A stretch of DNA of 64,000 nucleotides from a virus. The position numbers were made by a program, and so were the translations under genes. The stretch is from positions 8,457 through 72,456 of the IMG/VR virus record IMGVR_UViG_3300042558_003617, one strand, 5' to 3'. Position 1 is the first letter of the stretch. Each line of letters opens with the position of its first letter. This document shows, piece after piece, positions 20,355 to 29,879 of this stretch. The notes under the pieces are model-generated. The model was not told the origin of the DNA and searched no databases. It saw nothing but the letters and a program-made list of their open reading frames with translations.

Positions 20355-21969
20355 GTTTGATGTATTTTATATTGGAGCCAAACCCAACTTGTTCCCACAC
20401 GAGCAGGCTGTGAATTCTTTGGCAGAGGCATGTGAAAAAAGTCGTACGCGGGCATGTTGGATTGTCAACTACTTATCGGACTATCAGGGCTTTGACTTTC
20501 TTTGGGTGCCCAGCCCTTGGCAAGCTGATCAAACACATGTTTGGCCCAGTCAGCATCAAGCCAACGGCGGCACCTACTTGTTGCCCAAATCTGGCATGAG
20601 TGATATCAATCGAGATCATGCTGTGATCAATCGTGGTCAATCAGTTCCAATCATTGCAATTGATCACGGCAACGGATTTGAAACCGCATACGACACAGTC
20701 ACTCGATACGTAAGCGATTATCTAGGCACTCTACGCAGAGTATTAAAAAATGTAAAGCATGAATATGTGTGGGTGGTATCAAGTGTTTGCGATTACAGCA
20801 ACTTTGATTTTACTTGGCATCCAAGCGAATGGCAGAACAACATGTTGCATGTGTTTGCCAGCAACGAACAGAAATTTGGTGATACTTTTTATGTGCACGT
20901 GCCTAGCTTTTTACAGAAAACTGAAAGCTTGAAAGTTTTGGAATGGTTTGAGACTTTGCATTTTGTTGAAGATATAGTTGTGCCTCGATTGCCCATGCCA
21001 GAAGTTGAGTACACACATGACAGTCTAGCAACTGCTATTTGGGAACATGAATTCACCACTCCCTTGGTGCAGTTTCATCAAGGCACCAGCATGGGCACAC
21101 ATGCTCCCACAGTAAGTTTGTGGCAAGAGCGTACCAAAACAGTTACACCACTCAGCAACGATCATGGCACAGCAGTGGTACCTAGGGAATGTAAAAATTA
21201 CATCAAAACACAAGTATACGATTATCCTTATATTGATAAAAGTAAAATTTGTCTCAAGACTCATCCCTTGGACATTGTGTTTATCAGCAATGGCGAACCC
21301 AATGCCAAGTCTAATTATTTGCAGATGACAGTGTATCTGGCCAATGAGTCAAGGTACACAAATCGCGTTCATGTGATAGAGGGTGTAAATGGACGAGTGG
21401 CAGCATACCACGCGGCTGCCAGAGCCAGCACCACGCCTTGGTTCTTTGCGGTGTTTGCCAAGCTAGAAGTAAATCAAAGGTTTGATTGGACCTGGCAACC
21501 TGATCGTATGCAACAGCCCAAGCACTATATTTTTCATGCTGGTAATCCTGTGAATGGACTGGTATACGGACACCAAGCCATGATTGCCTACAACCGGCAG
21601 TTGGTGTTGGAGAACACAGGTGTTGGCTTGGACTTTACTCTAGATCAACCGCACGAAGTTGTACCTATTATCAGTGGCACAGCCATGTATGCTGAATCGC
21701 CTTGGATGGCCTGGCGCACTGCATTCCGTGAAGTACTAAAACTTCGTGCAAGTTTACCCGACGTGGAAAACGAGTACCGACTAAAGGTTTGGCTAAAGGA
21801 AGACTCAGGTACTATTGCCAATGGTCATTGGAGCCACAAAGGTGCACAAGATGCTGTGGAGTATTACGAAGCAGTCAATGGTGATCCCACTGAACTCCGC
21901 AAGAGCTACGAGTGGGATTGGTTGGCAAGTTATGCGTTTATGAAACGCAATCTACTAACTGATCGCTGA
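20353..21969 (+). CDS. Multi-domain glycosyltransferase-like protein
   Basis: Internal repeated W(I/V)V...DY..FDF.W.PS.WQ units; C-terminal domain similar to 4145..5071 (FISNGEP, AYHAAA, AWRTAFRE). Confidence 0.55.
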   Translation: MFDVFYIGAKPNLFPHEQAVNSLAEACEKSRTRACWIVNYLSDYQGFDFLWVPSPWQADQTHVWPSQHQANGGTYLLPKSGMSDINRDHAVINRGQSVPIIAIDHGNGFETAYDTVTRYVSDYLGTLRRVLKNVKHEYVWVVSSVCDYSNFDFTWHPSEWQNNMLHVFASNEQKFGDTFYVHVPSFLQKTESLKVLEWFETLHFVEDIVVPRLPMPEVEYTHDSLATAIWEHEFTTPLVQFHQGTSMGTHAPTVSLWQERTKTVTPLSNDHGTAVVPRECKNYIKTQVYDYPYIDKSKICLKTHPLDIVFISNGEPNAKSNYLQMTVYLANESRYTNRVHVIEGVNGRVAAYHAAARASTTPWFFAVFAKLEVNQRFDWTWQPDRMQQPKHYIFHAGNPVNGLVYGHQAMIAYNRQLVLENTGVGLDFTLDQPHEVVPIISGTAMYAESPWMAWRTAFREVLKLRASLPDVENEYRLKVWLKEDSGTIANGHWSHKGAQDAVEYYEAVNGDPTELRKSYEWDWLASYAFMKRNLLTDR

Positions 21970-23044
21970 CATATTCAACTTCAAGATCTGTTAACTCAGG
22001 ATAGATAGGCAAACTCAGTACTCGTCGACACAGTGCACTGGCTGAACTCAACAAGTCGGGTCCTGGATATTGTCTATAAGCACCCAGTTCGTGCAAGGGA
22101 TACTCATAATGCACTTTGGTTTCGATTTTGCGTAGAGATAGATTCTTTTTTACAATGTCTCGTTGATCAATGTCAACTACAAATTTATGAAAGCAATGTT
22201 CCTGGTTATTGCTGTCATTGATTAAACATCTAATGGGACTTTTCTTGAATCGATCAATCCAGTAATTGGCAATGTTACGTCTACGATGTTGCCATTGATC
22301 AATATACTGAGCTTTCACACGCATGGTTGCACAATCAATCTCGCTCATTCTGCTGTTGGTACCTGGTTGGTGATTGCTGGGTTTACCATTGTCTCTCCAG
22401 GATCGTGCATGATTGGCTAGACTGATGTTGTTGGTTACCACAGCACCGCCATTGCCATAATTGGCTAGATTTTTCATTGGGTCAAAGCTAACAGCAGCCG
22501 CCTCACCTAGTCTAACACACCCGGCACTGAGCCAGTGTTGAGCAGCATCCTCAATTATTGCAACATCTTGCAATTGCCAGTCGTCCCATTGTCGGGAATT
22601 TTTATAATGCAACACACTGGCACCATACAAGCCCACCAGCACAACAGCATCGTACCCTAGTGTGGATGGGATACGGTTGAGATCCAACAGTCCATGTACA
22701 TCAGTGTCAACAAAGTAAACATCCCACCCTGCATTGATAAATGCATTAGCAGTGGCCACGTAAGTTACTGATGGAAGCAATACCCTGGGAGGGTCGGAGA
22801 TGTCTGCTTGACCTGCATAATAGCTAGCAATAATTTCCAGTGCATGTGTACCACTGTGGCAAGTCACTGCATATCTTGCGTGATTCTTTTGAGCCAACCA
22901 GTGTTCAAACTCTAGTGTATGATTGCCATTCATGAGTTGTCCAGATCGCAGTACCTCATCCACAGAATTCAGTATTTCTGTGCGAAGATTATTGTACTGT
23001 TTTCGCAATCCAGTAAACGGAATAGTAAGACCAGTGGCTGTCAT
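21938..23044 (-). CDS. DegT/DnrJ/EryC1/StrS PLP-dependent sugar aminotransferase
   Basis: SGTHAL, IEDAAQ, SFDPMKNL..YGNGGAV, LSLPIYP. Confidence 0.93.
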   Translation of the reverse strand: MTATGLTIPFTGLRKQYNNLRTEILNSVDEVLRSGQLMNGNHTLEFEHWLAQKNHARYAVTCHSGTHALEIIASYYAGQADISDPPRVLLPSVTYVATANAFINAGWDVYFVDTDVHGLLDLNRIPSTLGYDAVVLVGLYGASVLHYKNSRQWDDWQLQDVAIIEDAAQHWLSAGCVRLGEAAAVSFDPMKNLANYGNGGAVVTNNISLANHARSWRDNGKPSNHQPGTNSRMSEIDCATMRVKAQYIDQWQHRRRNIANYWIDRFKKSPIRCLINDSNNQEHCFHKFVVDIDQRDIVKKNLSLRKIETKVHYEYPLHELGAYRQYPGPDLLSSASALCRRVLSLPIYPELTDLEVEYVSDQLVDCVS

Positions 23045-24000
23045 TTGTTCCAATAAGACGATTCGCTCAACCACTTGTAGTAATTTTGGAATCCTTGTTC
23101 AACATCTACCTTGGGATCAAAACCAAGAATGGTTCGTGCACGGTCAATGTTCAGTGCGCCACGGCTGGGAAAGTCTGCATCCTTGTCTCGAACTTCAATC
23201 TTGCCCCGCCCCACAATACCTGTGATCATTTCGGCAGCTTGCAGTAGACTCACACTGTGGCTCTTGGTAATGTTAAACGTCATATCACGACATGTGATAC
23301 GTGTGGCTGCTGATACCACACCGTCGGCAGCATCGTCAACATAGGTAAAGTCCAGTGTTTCGCCTGCCCCGTTTACTTTGAGAGTTTCATCTCGCATGGC
23401 AGTGAGCATGAACTTTGCAACTACACGATCTTCCACATCCAGTGGTCCATACACAGCACTAGGTCTAAGAATAACATATTCCATACCAGTGCGGCGAGCA
23501 TAGTCTTTGACCAACCATTCACCGGCCAGTTTCATAATGCCGTATTGCCCTTGTGGGCTACACTCATCATCTTCTAACACTTGGTCATCAAAGTCTCCGT
23601 ACACCATGCTTGAACTAATGTATACAAAACGTTCTACACCATGCTTTTTGGCACTCTCCAACAGGTTGATCAAGCCACGCATCATGACGTCAGCACCATG
23701 TGCAGGGTTGGCATTGACCACTTTCTGTCGAGGGAAACTAGCACAGTGAATGATCACCCGGGGGTTTTCTTTTTCTACAATATGATCAATTTCGTAACTG
23801 TCTGTGATACACTGATTGTAGTATGTGTGATCGGTGAGCTTTTTGAGTCGTTCGCCAATCAAGTAATCAATCTCTGCTTGTGGGATGATTCCATAAGTGG
23901 TGTGTGTGTCCACAACACTGACTGTTTCGCCACGTGCCTGAAGACGTTGTACCACGTTGTGTCCAATCAGACCATGTCCACCAGTTACTAAAATATTCAT
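23041..24000 (-). CDS. NAD-dependent epimerase/dehydratase
   Basis: VTGGHGLIG, YISSSMVYG, YGIMK (YxxxK), VYGP. Confidence 0.93.
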   Translation of the reverse strand: MNILVTGGHGLIGHNVVQRLQARGETVSVVDTHTTYGIIPQAEIDYLIGERLKKLTDHTYYNQCITDSYEIDHIVEKENPRVIIHCASFPRQKVVNANPAHGADVMMRGLINLLESAKKHGVERFVYISSSMVYGDFDDQVLEDDECSPQGQYGIMKLAGEWLVKDYARRTGMEYVILRPSAVYGPLDVEDRVVAKFMLTAMRDETLKVNGAGETLDFTYVDDAADGVVSAATRITCRDMTFNITKSHSVSLLQAAEMITGIVGRGKIEVRDKDADFPSRGALNIDRARTILGFDPKVDVEQGFQNYYKWLSESSYWNK

Positions 24001-24338
24001 ACCTTGAATCTCAATCTAAAATAAGTTTCGTTTTGTTCACTAAGCCGGGCCATTACAATGTATCTATAACCATGTATTTCATAACTAGATGATCTAACCC
24101 AATATGGTGTTTCTTCTGCATTTTCTATACACCATTTGCCAACTTCGCTTTCGGCCCACTTGTGCAACGGTCTGGCTGCAAACAAGTCAGGGTCATCTAC
24201 ATCACCTAGGATAAATTCATGCACTTGTACATCTCGAAACCGAACTGCACGATCGGCAATTACCTTGACTTCTTCAGATTTAAAATGACGCCACTGAGCG
24301 TGTTCTTTGCGTGTTATTGCCATAACACATTGTAGCAT
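23997..24338 (-). CDS. Hypothetical protein
   Basis: 113 aa, overlaps neighbours in operon. Confidence 0.6.
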   Translation of the reverse strand: MLQCVMAITRKEHAQWRHFKSEEVKVIADRAVRFRDVQVHEFILGDVDDPDLFAARPLHKWAESEVGKWCIENAEETPYWVRSSSYEIHGYRYIVMARLSEQNETYFRLRFKV

Positions 24339-25030
24339 TATTCTGCCACAAGGTCACTGGCCATTGGGAATATTTCAGTAATTACCTTGGCACATGCTAT
24401 CGCAATGGCTTGATGTTCTTTCTGAGTTCCATTGGCACTACGCAGTTGGATAAAGTGAATCCAGCTACGTAATGTGCCATTCATGTACAAACGACTCACT
24501 GTAAGACCTTCGGGTAATACAGCACGGGCCTGTTCTTTGGCAATGCCATTTTTGATTGCCCAGGCGTACTCTTGTTTGGCCGAGAATAGCACACGTTTTT
24601 GAGCACGTTCCCATTCAATAGCCAACAGCCGCTGAGACTCATCGGCAAGATCAAGTTCTACGCTGTTTTGTCGATTCTTGGTGTCTTGGAATCTAGCGTC
24701 TCGTAGTACAAACGCATCATCCAACTCTGCCGTTGGGTCAGCATATCGTTGGGAGAACTCTTGAAAGGAGAAGCTTCGATGTCGTAGAATTTGTCTTGCG
24801 ATGTCGCGGGTGGTGACGATTTCGAGGCAGGCTGACACCATCTCCAAAGGACTCCAGTGTTGGTGTCGGATAAGGTATCGTATGAGTTTGTCGCTTGTTT
24901 CAGTGTTGAACTGATTGGCGGGATTGGACACACGGGCGCAATACGCAATGAGTTCCTGCGCATCTTCGACGCCCAGGCTTGCAAATTCTGCTGTGGGTTG
25001 ACTGTAACTGAGTAGTTTAACATTCATCAT
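24338..25030 (-). CDS. thyX: Flavin-dependent thymidylate synthase
   Basis: HWSPLE, RHRSFSFQEFSQRY signature, KEQARAVLP. Confidence 0.96.
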   Translation of the reverse strand: MMNVKLLSYSQPTAEFASLGVEDAQELIAYCARVSNPANQFNTETSDKLIRYLIRHQHWSPLEMVSACLEIVTTRDIARQILRHRSFSFQEFSQRYADPTAELDDAFVLRDARFQDTKNRQNSVELDLADESQRLLAIEWERAQKRVLFSAKQEYAWAIKNGIAKEQARAVLPEGLTVSRLYMNGTLRSWIHFIQLRSANGTQKEHQAIAIACAKVITEIFPMASDLVAE

Positions 25031-25329
25031 ATTCCTCTAAGGAGCTTGTCAGTTTCGGGTTGTAATAATTCTGCCACTGCTTCGATGTCAAGCACAAATT
25101 CCATGTTGGTGATATCATCACAATTGGCCTGCACAAAGTTGTCCACTGCCTCTTGAATGTCGTCAATTCCAAATCCTTGATCTTTAAGTTTTCGAAGATT
25201 AATGGTTTTTTGACGACCACCTGCAATTCGGAACACTACCTTTTTGATGCATTCAAACGGGATGTGCTCTTTCTCGACTTGGTCAATGATGTCTTCCCAT
25301 CGTTTCAGCCAATCCTCAGTATGTTGCAT
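25027..25329 (-). CDS. Hypothetical protein
   Basis: 100 aa in operon. Confidence 0.65.
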   Translation of the reverse strand: MQHTEDWLKRWEDIIDQVEKEHIPFECIKKVVFRIAGGRQKTINLRKLKDQGFGIDDIQEAVDNFVQANCDDITNMEFVLDIEAVAELLQPETDKLLRGI

Positions 25330-26017
25330 CCGGCACCGCCTTTTTATTAGGACGGCCGCGCTTGGGTTTTGCGGCTTGTTCTCCGGACGCTACACTGCCG
25401 CTCATGGTAGCTGCCTCTTTCATCAAACGATCTGACTCGGCTAGCAAGCTTCGTGCCTCTGCTGCCATACGTGTGGCTTGGTCCCGGAAGTTGTTGGCCA
25501 AGGCCGCATCGTCAAGTGCACGTGCCGCATCTGAACCTGCCACAGCGGCACTTCCTTGACGCAGTTGCTCCATTGGCGCACCAATCTCACGACCGTAATC
25601 ATCTCTGCGTTTGTAGTTACTCATGCCGCGATTGTTGTCAATGTCGGCCATTTTCTTGATAGCATCTGCACCGGTCTTCATCTCGCGGATGATACGATTC
25701 ATTTCTTCCAAGTTAACATGACTTGATGGATTTGGTGTAACTACCACCTGCTTTGTTTGCACTTTCTTCAACATGCCTTCGGCGTGCAGAGTCTGAAGCA
25801 TAGGGCGTCCATCTGGGAACAAACTACGGAACAGAGCATCTCCAAGATTCTCTGCTGTTTGTCCAATGTCTGACTCGATTGTGCGCATGATAGTATCATG
25901 CATGGAAACTGGCATGGTGTCAGGATAAATTACCAAGCACATGTGCTCTTCACCAGGCACTTCTCTGAATACAATAGCGACTCTACGGTCACCGTGTTTA
26001 CCTACGTGTTTAATCAT
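25316..26017 (-). CDS. Hypothetical protein with coiled coil and C-terminal AT-hook-like motif
   Basis: SD AAGGAG; ends PKRGRPNKK. Confidence 0.75.
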   Translation of the reverse strand: MIKHVGKHGDRRVAIVFREVPGEEHMCLVIYPDTMPVSMHDTIMRTIESDIGQTAENLGDALFRSLFPDGRPMLQTLHAEGMLKKVQTKQVVVTPNPSSHVNLEEMNRIIREMKTGADAIKKMADIDNNRGMSNYKRRDDYGREIGAPMEQLRQGSAAVAGSDAARALDDAALANNFRDQATRMAAEARSLLAESDRLMKEAATMSGSVASGEQAAKPKRGRPNKKAVPDATY

Positions 26018-26223
26018 TTTGGTTCTCCTTGTTGATTAGCGGATGTTGCATTGGCTTGAGCGACCACTTCGCTCAGGAATGCATTTAGGCGTTCGTATAT
26101 TTCGCCAACTGATTTCATTTCTGAAGCTCGGTACGCACCCCTAGAGCATGCAGTGTCGATTAAATCTCTAATAGATGCTAAGTCAGCTATGGTAAGATTT
26201 GTTTGTTGTGTAGTTTCGTCCAT
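26014..26223 (-). CDS. Hypothetical protein
   Basis: 69 aa, TAAATA motif 5 nt upstream, ATGA overlap downstream. Confidence 0.7.
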   Translation of the reverse strand: MDETTQQTNLTIADLASIRDLIDTACSRGAYRASEMKSVGEIYERLNAFLSEVVAQANATSANQQGEPK

Positions 26224-26238
26224 GTCAATATTTAAGAT

Positions 26239-26271
26239 AAAAAGAACACCGGGGGTAAAAAATCCCCCGGT
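26239..26271 (-). terminator. Intrinsic terminator
   Basis: ACCGGGGG-ATTTTTTA-CCCCCGGT followed by GTTCTTTTT on minus strand. Confidence 0.75.
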
Positions 26272-26292
26272 TATAGCACGGTTCTGGACAAA

Positions 26293-27579
26293 TTAGTCTT
26301 GATCGCCTTCGCCGTACAATGCAAAAGTACCAAACGGTGGATCAGGATTCTTGTCACCGTGAATGATCCAAACAGTGTCACAATAAATTGGGTCGCCCCA
26401 GCTACCGAATGGATACCCATCTGTAAACACCACCAGCTTCTTGGGCTCAATTTCAACATCTTTAAGATAGCGGAAAATAGCATCAAAATCAGTACCGCCA
26501 CCACCCTGAATGTCGTACTCAGTAATGTCTTCAAGATTCTCGCTGTTGTACTGTTGTGGATTGTATGTTTCAGTATCAAAAGTAAACACATGGATTTTGT
26601 AGCTGTCAAAGCTTTCCATGATGCCCTTGATCTCACTCAAGAAGTCACGAGCTTGTTCAGTACTGATAGATCCAGATGTGTCAATAGCCACAGCAATATC
26701 AATGGCATCGGTAGTTTTCATACCGGGCATCACTGCATCCATGTCCCAACCTTTACGGCTAGATCGCATCCAACTGTAATCACTCTTGATAGTGCTCTCC
26801 AATTGCATGCGTAGCAGTTCTCGCCAGTTCATCTGAGGCTCTGTCAATTGACTAATCAATCGCTTGACTCCAGCTGGCAAGTTACCTGCATCGCAAGTCT
26901 GTGCCGCTGACAACATGGCTTCTTTAATCTCATCGCGAATCTTGGCACGTTCCTCATCGCTCAACTTTGGACGACCCTTGCCGTCCTTGCCACCATCGCC
27001 GCCACCATCGCCACTGCCTTCGTCTGTGCCGTCTAGATGCTCGTCAATCAGTTGATTGACCAGGTCATCAATATTGATTTTTTCTGCGTTCTCATACAGT
27101 TTGTCGTAAACTTCTTCAGAGCTCATGCCATCGTATTTGGAATTATACAAGCAAGGCACACTGGTAATGAATTCTCCAACTTTGTGTTTCTTCAAATCTG
27201 AGTTAACACAGAAATCGTTTGCAACGTTCCACAATTGCGGGTCACGATCTCCGCGACGCCCAAAGTGATCATAAACACAATGCAATACCTCATGCCCAAA
27301 CAAGAACTCAATCTCTTTGGGTTTTAGCATTTTGACAAACCGACTGTTGTAATAGAAATTACGACCATCTGTTGCGGCAGTACTGCACCACTCGTCGGCA
27401 TTGACCAATTTCAACCGAGTTGCTAGGTTACCAAAGAAGCTGGCACGAAGCAACATACCAACTCGTGCAGTAATCAAGGACTCTCGAACTTCGCGATCAA
27501 TTTTTGGGTCTGTGGCACCAATAAGACTAGCAAACTTTTTTGCCAGTTCTTTTTTGTTTTCTGTAGTGGTTGCGCTCAT
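26293..27579 (-). CDS. VWA-domain / putative metallopeptidase protein (DUF2201-like)
   Basis: TAATDG, HEVLH (HExxH), DTSGS MIDAS, GGGGTDF, FTDG. Confidence 0.9.
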   Translation of the reverse strand: MSATTTENKKELAKKFASLIGATDPKIDREVRESLITARVGMLLRASFFGNLATRLKLVNADEWCSTAATDGRNFYYNSRFVKMLKPKEIEFLFGHEVLHCVYDHFGRRGDRDPQLWNVANDFCVNSDLKKHKVGEFITSVPCLYNSKYDGMSSEEVYDKLYENAEKINIDDLVNQLIDEHLDGTDEGSGDGGGDGGKDGKGRPKLSDEERAKIRDEIKEAMLSAAQTCDAGNLPAGVKRLISQLTEPQMNWRELLRMQLESTIKSDYSWMRSSRKGWDMDAVMPGMKTTDAIDIAVAIDTSGSISTEQARDFLSEIKGIMESFDSYKIHVFTFDTETYNPQQYNSENLEDITEYDIQGGGGTDFDAIFRYLKDVEIEPKKLVVFTDGYPFGSWGDPIYCDTVWIIHGDKNPDPPFGTFALYGEGDQD

Positions 27580-27605
27580 GTCAGTTCCTTGGTGTCTATA
27601 CAAGT

Positions 27606-27634
27606 ATTATAACAAATTGGAATTTATTGGTCAA
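27606..27634 (-). promoter_or_regulatory. sigma70-type promoter
   Basis: TTGACC-17-TATAAT. Confidence 0.8.
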
Positions 27635-27851
27635 CCTTTTTGTCAAGGTATTGAGCTTCGAATTTTGCTTGATCAAGTTTGGTATCGTAGATCAACTTGG
27701 CGGCAAAACACATAGCCGCCACACCGACGATTCCGCCCAGTACTGGCAAAGGGATCAGAAAGATTGTGACCGGTACCAGCACAGCAATGGCAGTGAGTCC
27801 TGCCAGAGTTTTGGCTGTTTCTTTGAGTGCTGTTTTTTGGATAGTGTCCAT
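27624..27851 (-). CDS. Small membrane protein
   Basis: Two hydrophobic segments; SD AAGGA; own promoter. Confidence 0.7.
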   Translation of the reverse strand: MDTIQKTALKETAKTLAGLTAIAVLVPVTIFLIPLPVLGGIVGVAAMCFAAKLIYDTKLDQAKFEAQYLDKKVDQ

Positions 27852-27882
27852 TTTGAGTTCCTTTGTTTCTTACTATACCCTA

Positions 27883-27911
27883 ATTGTAGCAAAAAGGGAA
27901 TTATTGGTCAA
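27883..27911 (-). promoter_or_regulatory. sigma70-type promoter
   Basis: TTGACC-17-TACAAT. Confidence 0.75.
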
Positions 27912-28281
27912 CCGCATTTGCCAGTTGAAAAAACGCTAGTTCTGCGTCACTTTTGAAGTAAATTCGTAGCTCGTTGGCACTGGTAGAACCATTGGTCCAA
28001 CTCCAATAAGGATTGCACTCTTCGGGGAGATTACTAGGTGTTTGTTTAACAAAGCCGCCAGGCAAACGCATCATTGGAGTATGATTTGAGCTCCAGCGAT
28101 AGATGTCGTTCCATTGCCTGACCTCGGCACTCCAGCCCCAGGTACGAAAACACCATTGTTGAGCTTGAGTAAAATGCAATGGTCCTTTGTTAAAGGACAT
28201 GGAATTTGAAAATCCGGCATAATACTGAAACCATTTTTGATAACTATGTCTGCCATCAAGCCGCTGTACAGTGTATTTCAT
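27901..28281 (-). CDS. Hypothetical protein
   Basis: 126 aa, ATGA-coupled. Confidence 0.65.
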   Translation of the reverse strand: MKYTVQRLDGRHSYQKWFQYYAGFSNSMSFNKGPLHFTQAQQWCFRTWGWSAEVRQWNDIYRWSSNHTPMMRLPGGFVKQTPSNLPEECNPYWSWTNGSTSANELRIYFKSDAELAFFQLANAVDQ

Positions 28282-28511
28282 CTTGCGTATTTAAGACTAA
28301 ACATAATTGCATCATGTGGGTCTTTGAATGTGAAGTCCAGTATCCAGACATTTTCTTCAACTGAGTCAACTGGAGGAGAAACATAATACCACCGATTTTT
28401 ATCTTTTCCAAAACTGGCGTAAATTTGTCGCAAGAGTTGTTGAACTTCATGATGACTGTAAGGACTAAACTTTATCCGAACAGTGGAATAGTCCGGGGTT
28501 GAGTCAGACAT
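28278..28511 (-). CDS. Hypothetical protein
   Basis: Start reassigned to MSDST (28511) to avoid overlap with ATPase gene. Confidence 0.6.
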   Translation of the reverse strand: MSDSTPDYSTVRIKFSPYSHHEVQQLLRQIYASFGKDKNRWYYVSPPVDSVEENVWILDFTFKDPHDAIMFSLKYAR

Positions 28512-28548
28512 AGCCCTATGTCCCTTCACTTGACTCAACCCCGTGCTA

Positions 28549-29640
28549 TCAGCTGTTGGCTTGCAAGATGTACTTGCCGTAACGTTGATGAAACTCATCA
28601 AAGTACTTCAGCTTGGTGGGCTGGAAAGGCAAGTTATAAGTTGTAAGGGCAATCCTTGCACCCATAACAACCAGCTCTGTTTCAAAATTCTTCATCATGA
28701 ACGCAAAGAAATTGTCAGACATTTCATGGAACTTTTTGTCGTCCACACGCTTGCTGTCAATTGCATCCTTGAGCTCGTAACACAAGCTGATGACCAAACT
28801 GTACATTGCACTCACTTCTTTAACTGCGAGTTCAGTAGCCTTGCCACTCAGCACATCCTCGGGCTTGGGCAATTTACCAGCAATCTTGCGATGTGCCATG
28901 AACTTCACTGCAAGACCTTCGCCAACGGTGCCGGCAATCAAATCAGTTGCAGTGGTCTCGTCGATGTCGTCATCATCCAACAACTCGCTTACAAAGGTCC
29001 AGGTGCGCGGAGTAGCAAATGCACGTGAGCTGGACTTGGCATCAAAGTCATACAAGTCTTGCTTGGCAAAACTCAAGTAACCAACCACATCCTTGTGGAT
29101 CTGATTCTGCACAGCCCACTCTTGCCAGCTTGGGAAGTCCACACGCATTTCAGCATGCACAAATCGGTTTGCCAGCGGAGTAGGCATGCGATACGTGACA
29201 CCTTTGTCGCTCTCGCGGTTGCCTGCGGCTACCATAACAACATTGTCGGGCAGTCGGTACTTGCCAATTCGGCGATTCAATACCAATTGATAAGCCGCAG
29301 CCTGTACAGCAGGTGCCGCAGAGTTCATTTCGTCCATGAACAAAACCACAACTGGATATTGGCCAGCCAAGTCTTCGTCCGGCAAGTCAATTGGTGGAGC
29401 CCAGTCCATCTTACCAATTTCTTTGTTGTAAAACGGAATACCGCGAATGTCTGTTGGATCCATTTGTCCCAGACGCAAGTCAATCATGAAGCCACCAAGT
29501 TCTTCGGTGATACTAGCAACAACCTCAGACTTGCCAATACCAGGAGGGCCCCAGAGGAACAGTGGGCGTTTTTTAGAAAAGCACTTTTTAATGGCTTTTC
29601 GGGCACCAGCAGAGGTAACTGTGCGATTTTCGTGTGACAT
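28549..29640 (-). CDS. MoxR-like AAA+ ATPase
   Basis: Walker A GPPGIGKS, Walker B LFMDE, AAGN, LANRF, TPRTW. Confidence 0.92.
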   Translation of the reverse strand: MSHENRTVTSAGARKAIKKCFSKKRPLFLWGPPGIGKSEVVASITEELGGFMIDLRLGQMDPTDIRGIPFYNKEIGKMDWAPPIDLPDEDLAGQYPVVVLFMDEMNSAAPAVQAAAYQLVLNRRIGKYRLPDNVVMVAAGNRESDKGVTYRMPTPLANRFVHAEMRVDFPSWQEWAVQNQIHKDVVGYLSFAKQDLYDFDAKSSSRAFATPRTWTFVSELLDDDDIDETTATDLIAGTVGEGLAVKFMAHRKIAGKLPKPEDVLSGKATELAVKEVSAMYSLVISLCYELKDAIDSKRVDDKKFHEMSDNFFAFMMKNFETELVVMGARIALTTYNLPFQPTKLKYFDEFHQRYGKYILQANS

Positions 29641-29679
29641 AGGGCGTTTCCTTCAGTTAAAAAATGTTTCAATACAAGT

Positions 29680-29708
29680 ATTATACAATCAAGCGATTTC
29701 TGTGTCAA
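29680..29708 (-). promoter_or_regulatory. sigma70 consensus promoter
   Basis: TTGACA-17-TATAAT upstream of ATPase. Confidence 0.85.
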
Positions 29709-29823
29709 CTAGCACTTGTTGTGTAAAAACAACACCACCAAATGCCGCTTGATACGTTTCTGCTACAGATTTGAGATAAAAAGTGTAAACTTTACCAGAC
29801 TTTGTGATCAGTGTGTACATCAT
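29689..29823 (-). CDS. Small hypothetical protein (44 aa, not in ORF track)
   Basis: MMYTLITKSGKVYTFYLKSVAETYQAAFGGVVFTQQVLVDTEIA; SD TAAGGA; promoter at 29850-29878. Confidence 0.6.
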   Translation of the reverse strand: MMYTLITKSGKVYTFYLKSVAETYQAAFGGVVFTQQVLVDTEIA

Positions 29824-29849
29824 CTCAATTCCTTATTGTCTATACATGT

Positions 29850-29878
29850 ATTATAGCAAATCAGGAATTATTGGTCAA
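29850..29878 (-). promoter_or_regulatory. sigma70-type promoter
   Basis: TTGACC-17-TATAAT. Confidence 0.8.
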
Positions 29879-29879
29879 C

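Noticed and set aside
26985-27020. GC-rich short repeats (GCCACCATCGCC)
   Set aside because: Encodes the Gly/Asp linker GDGGGDGG of the VWA protein
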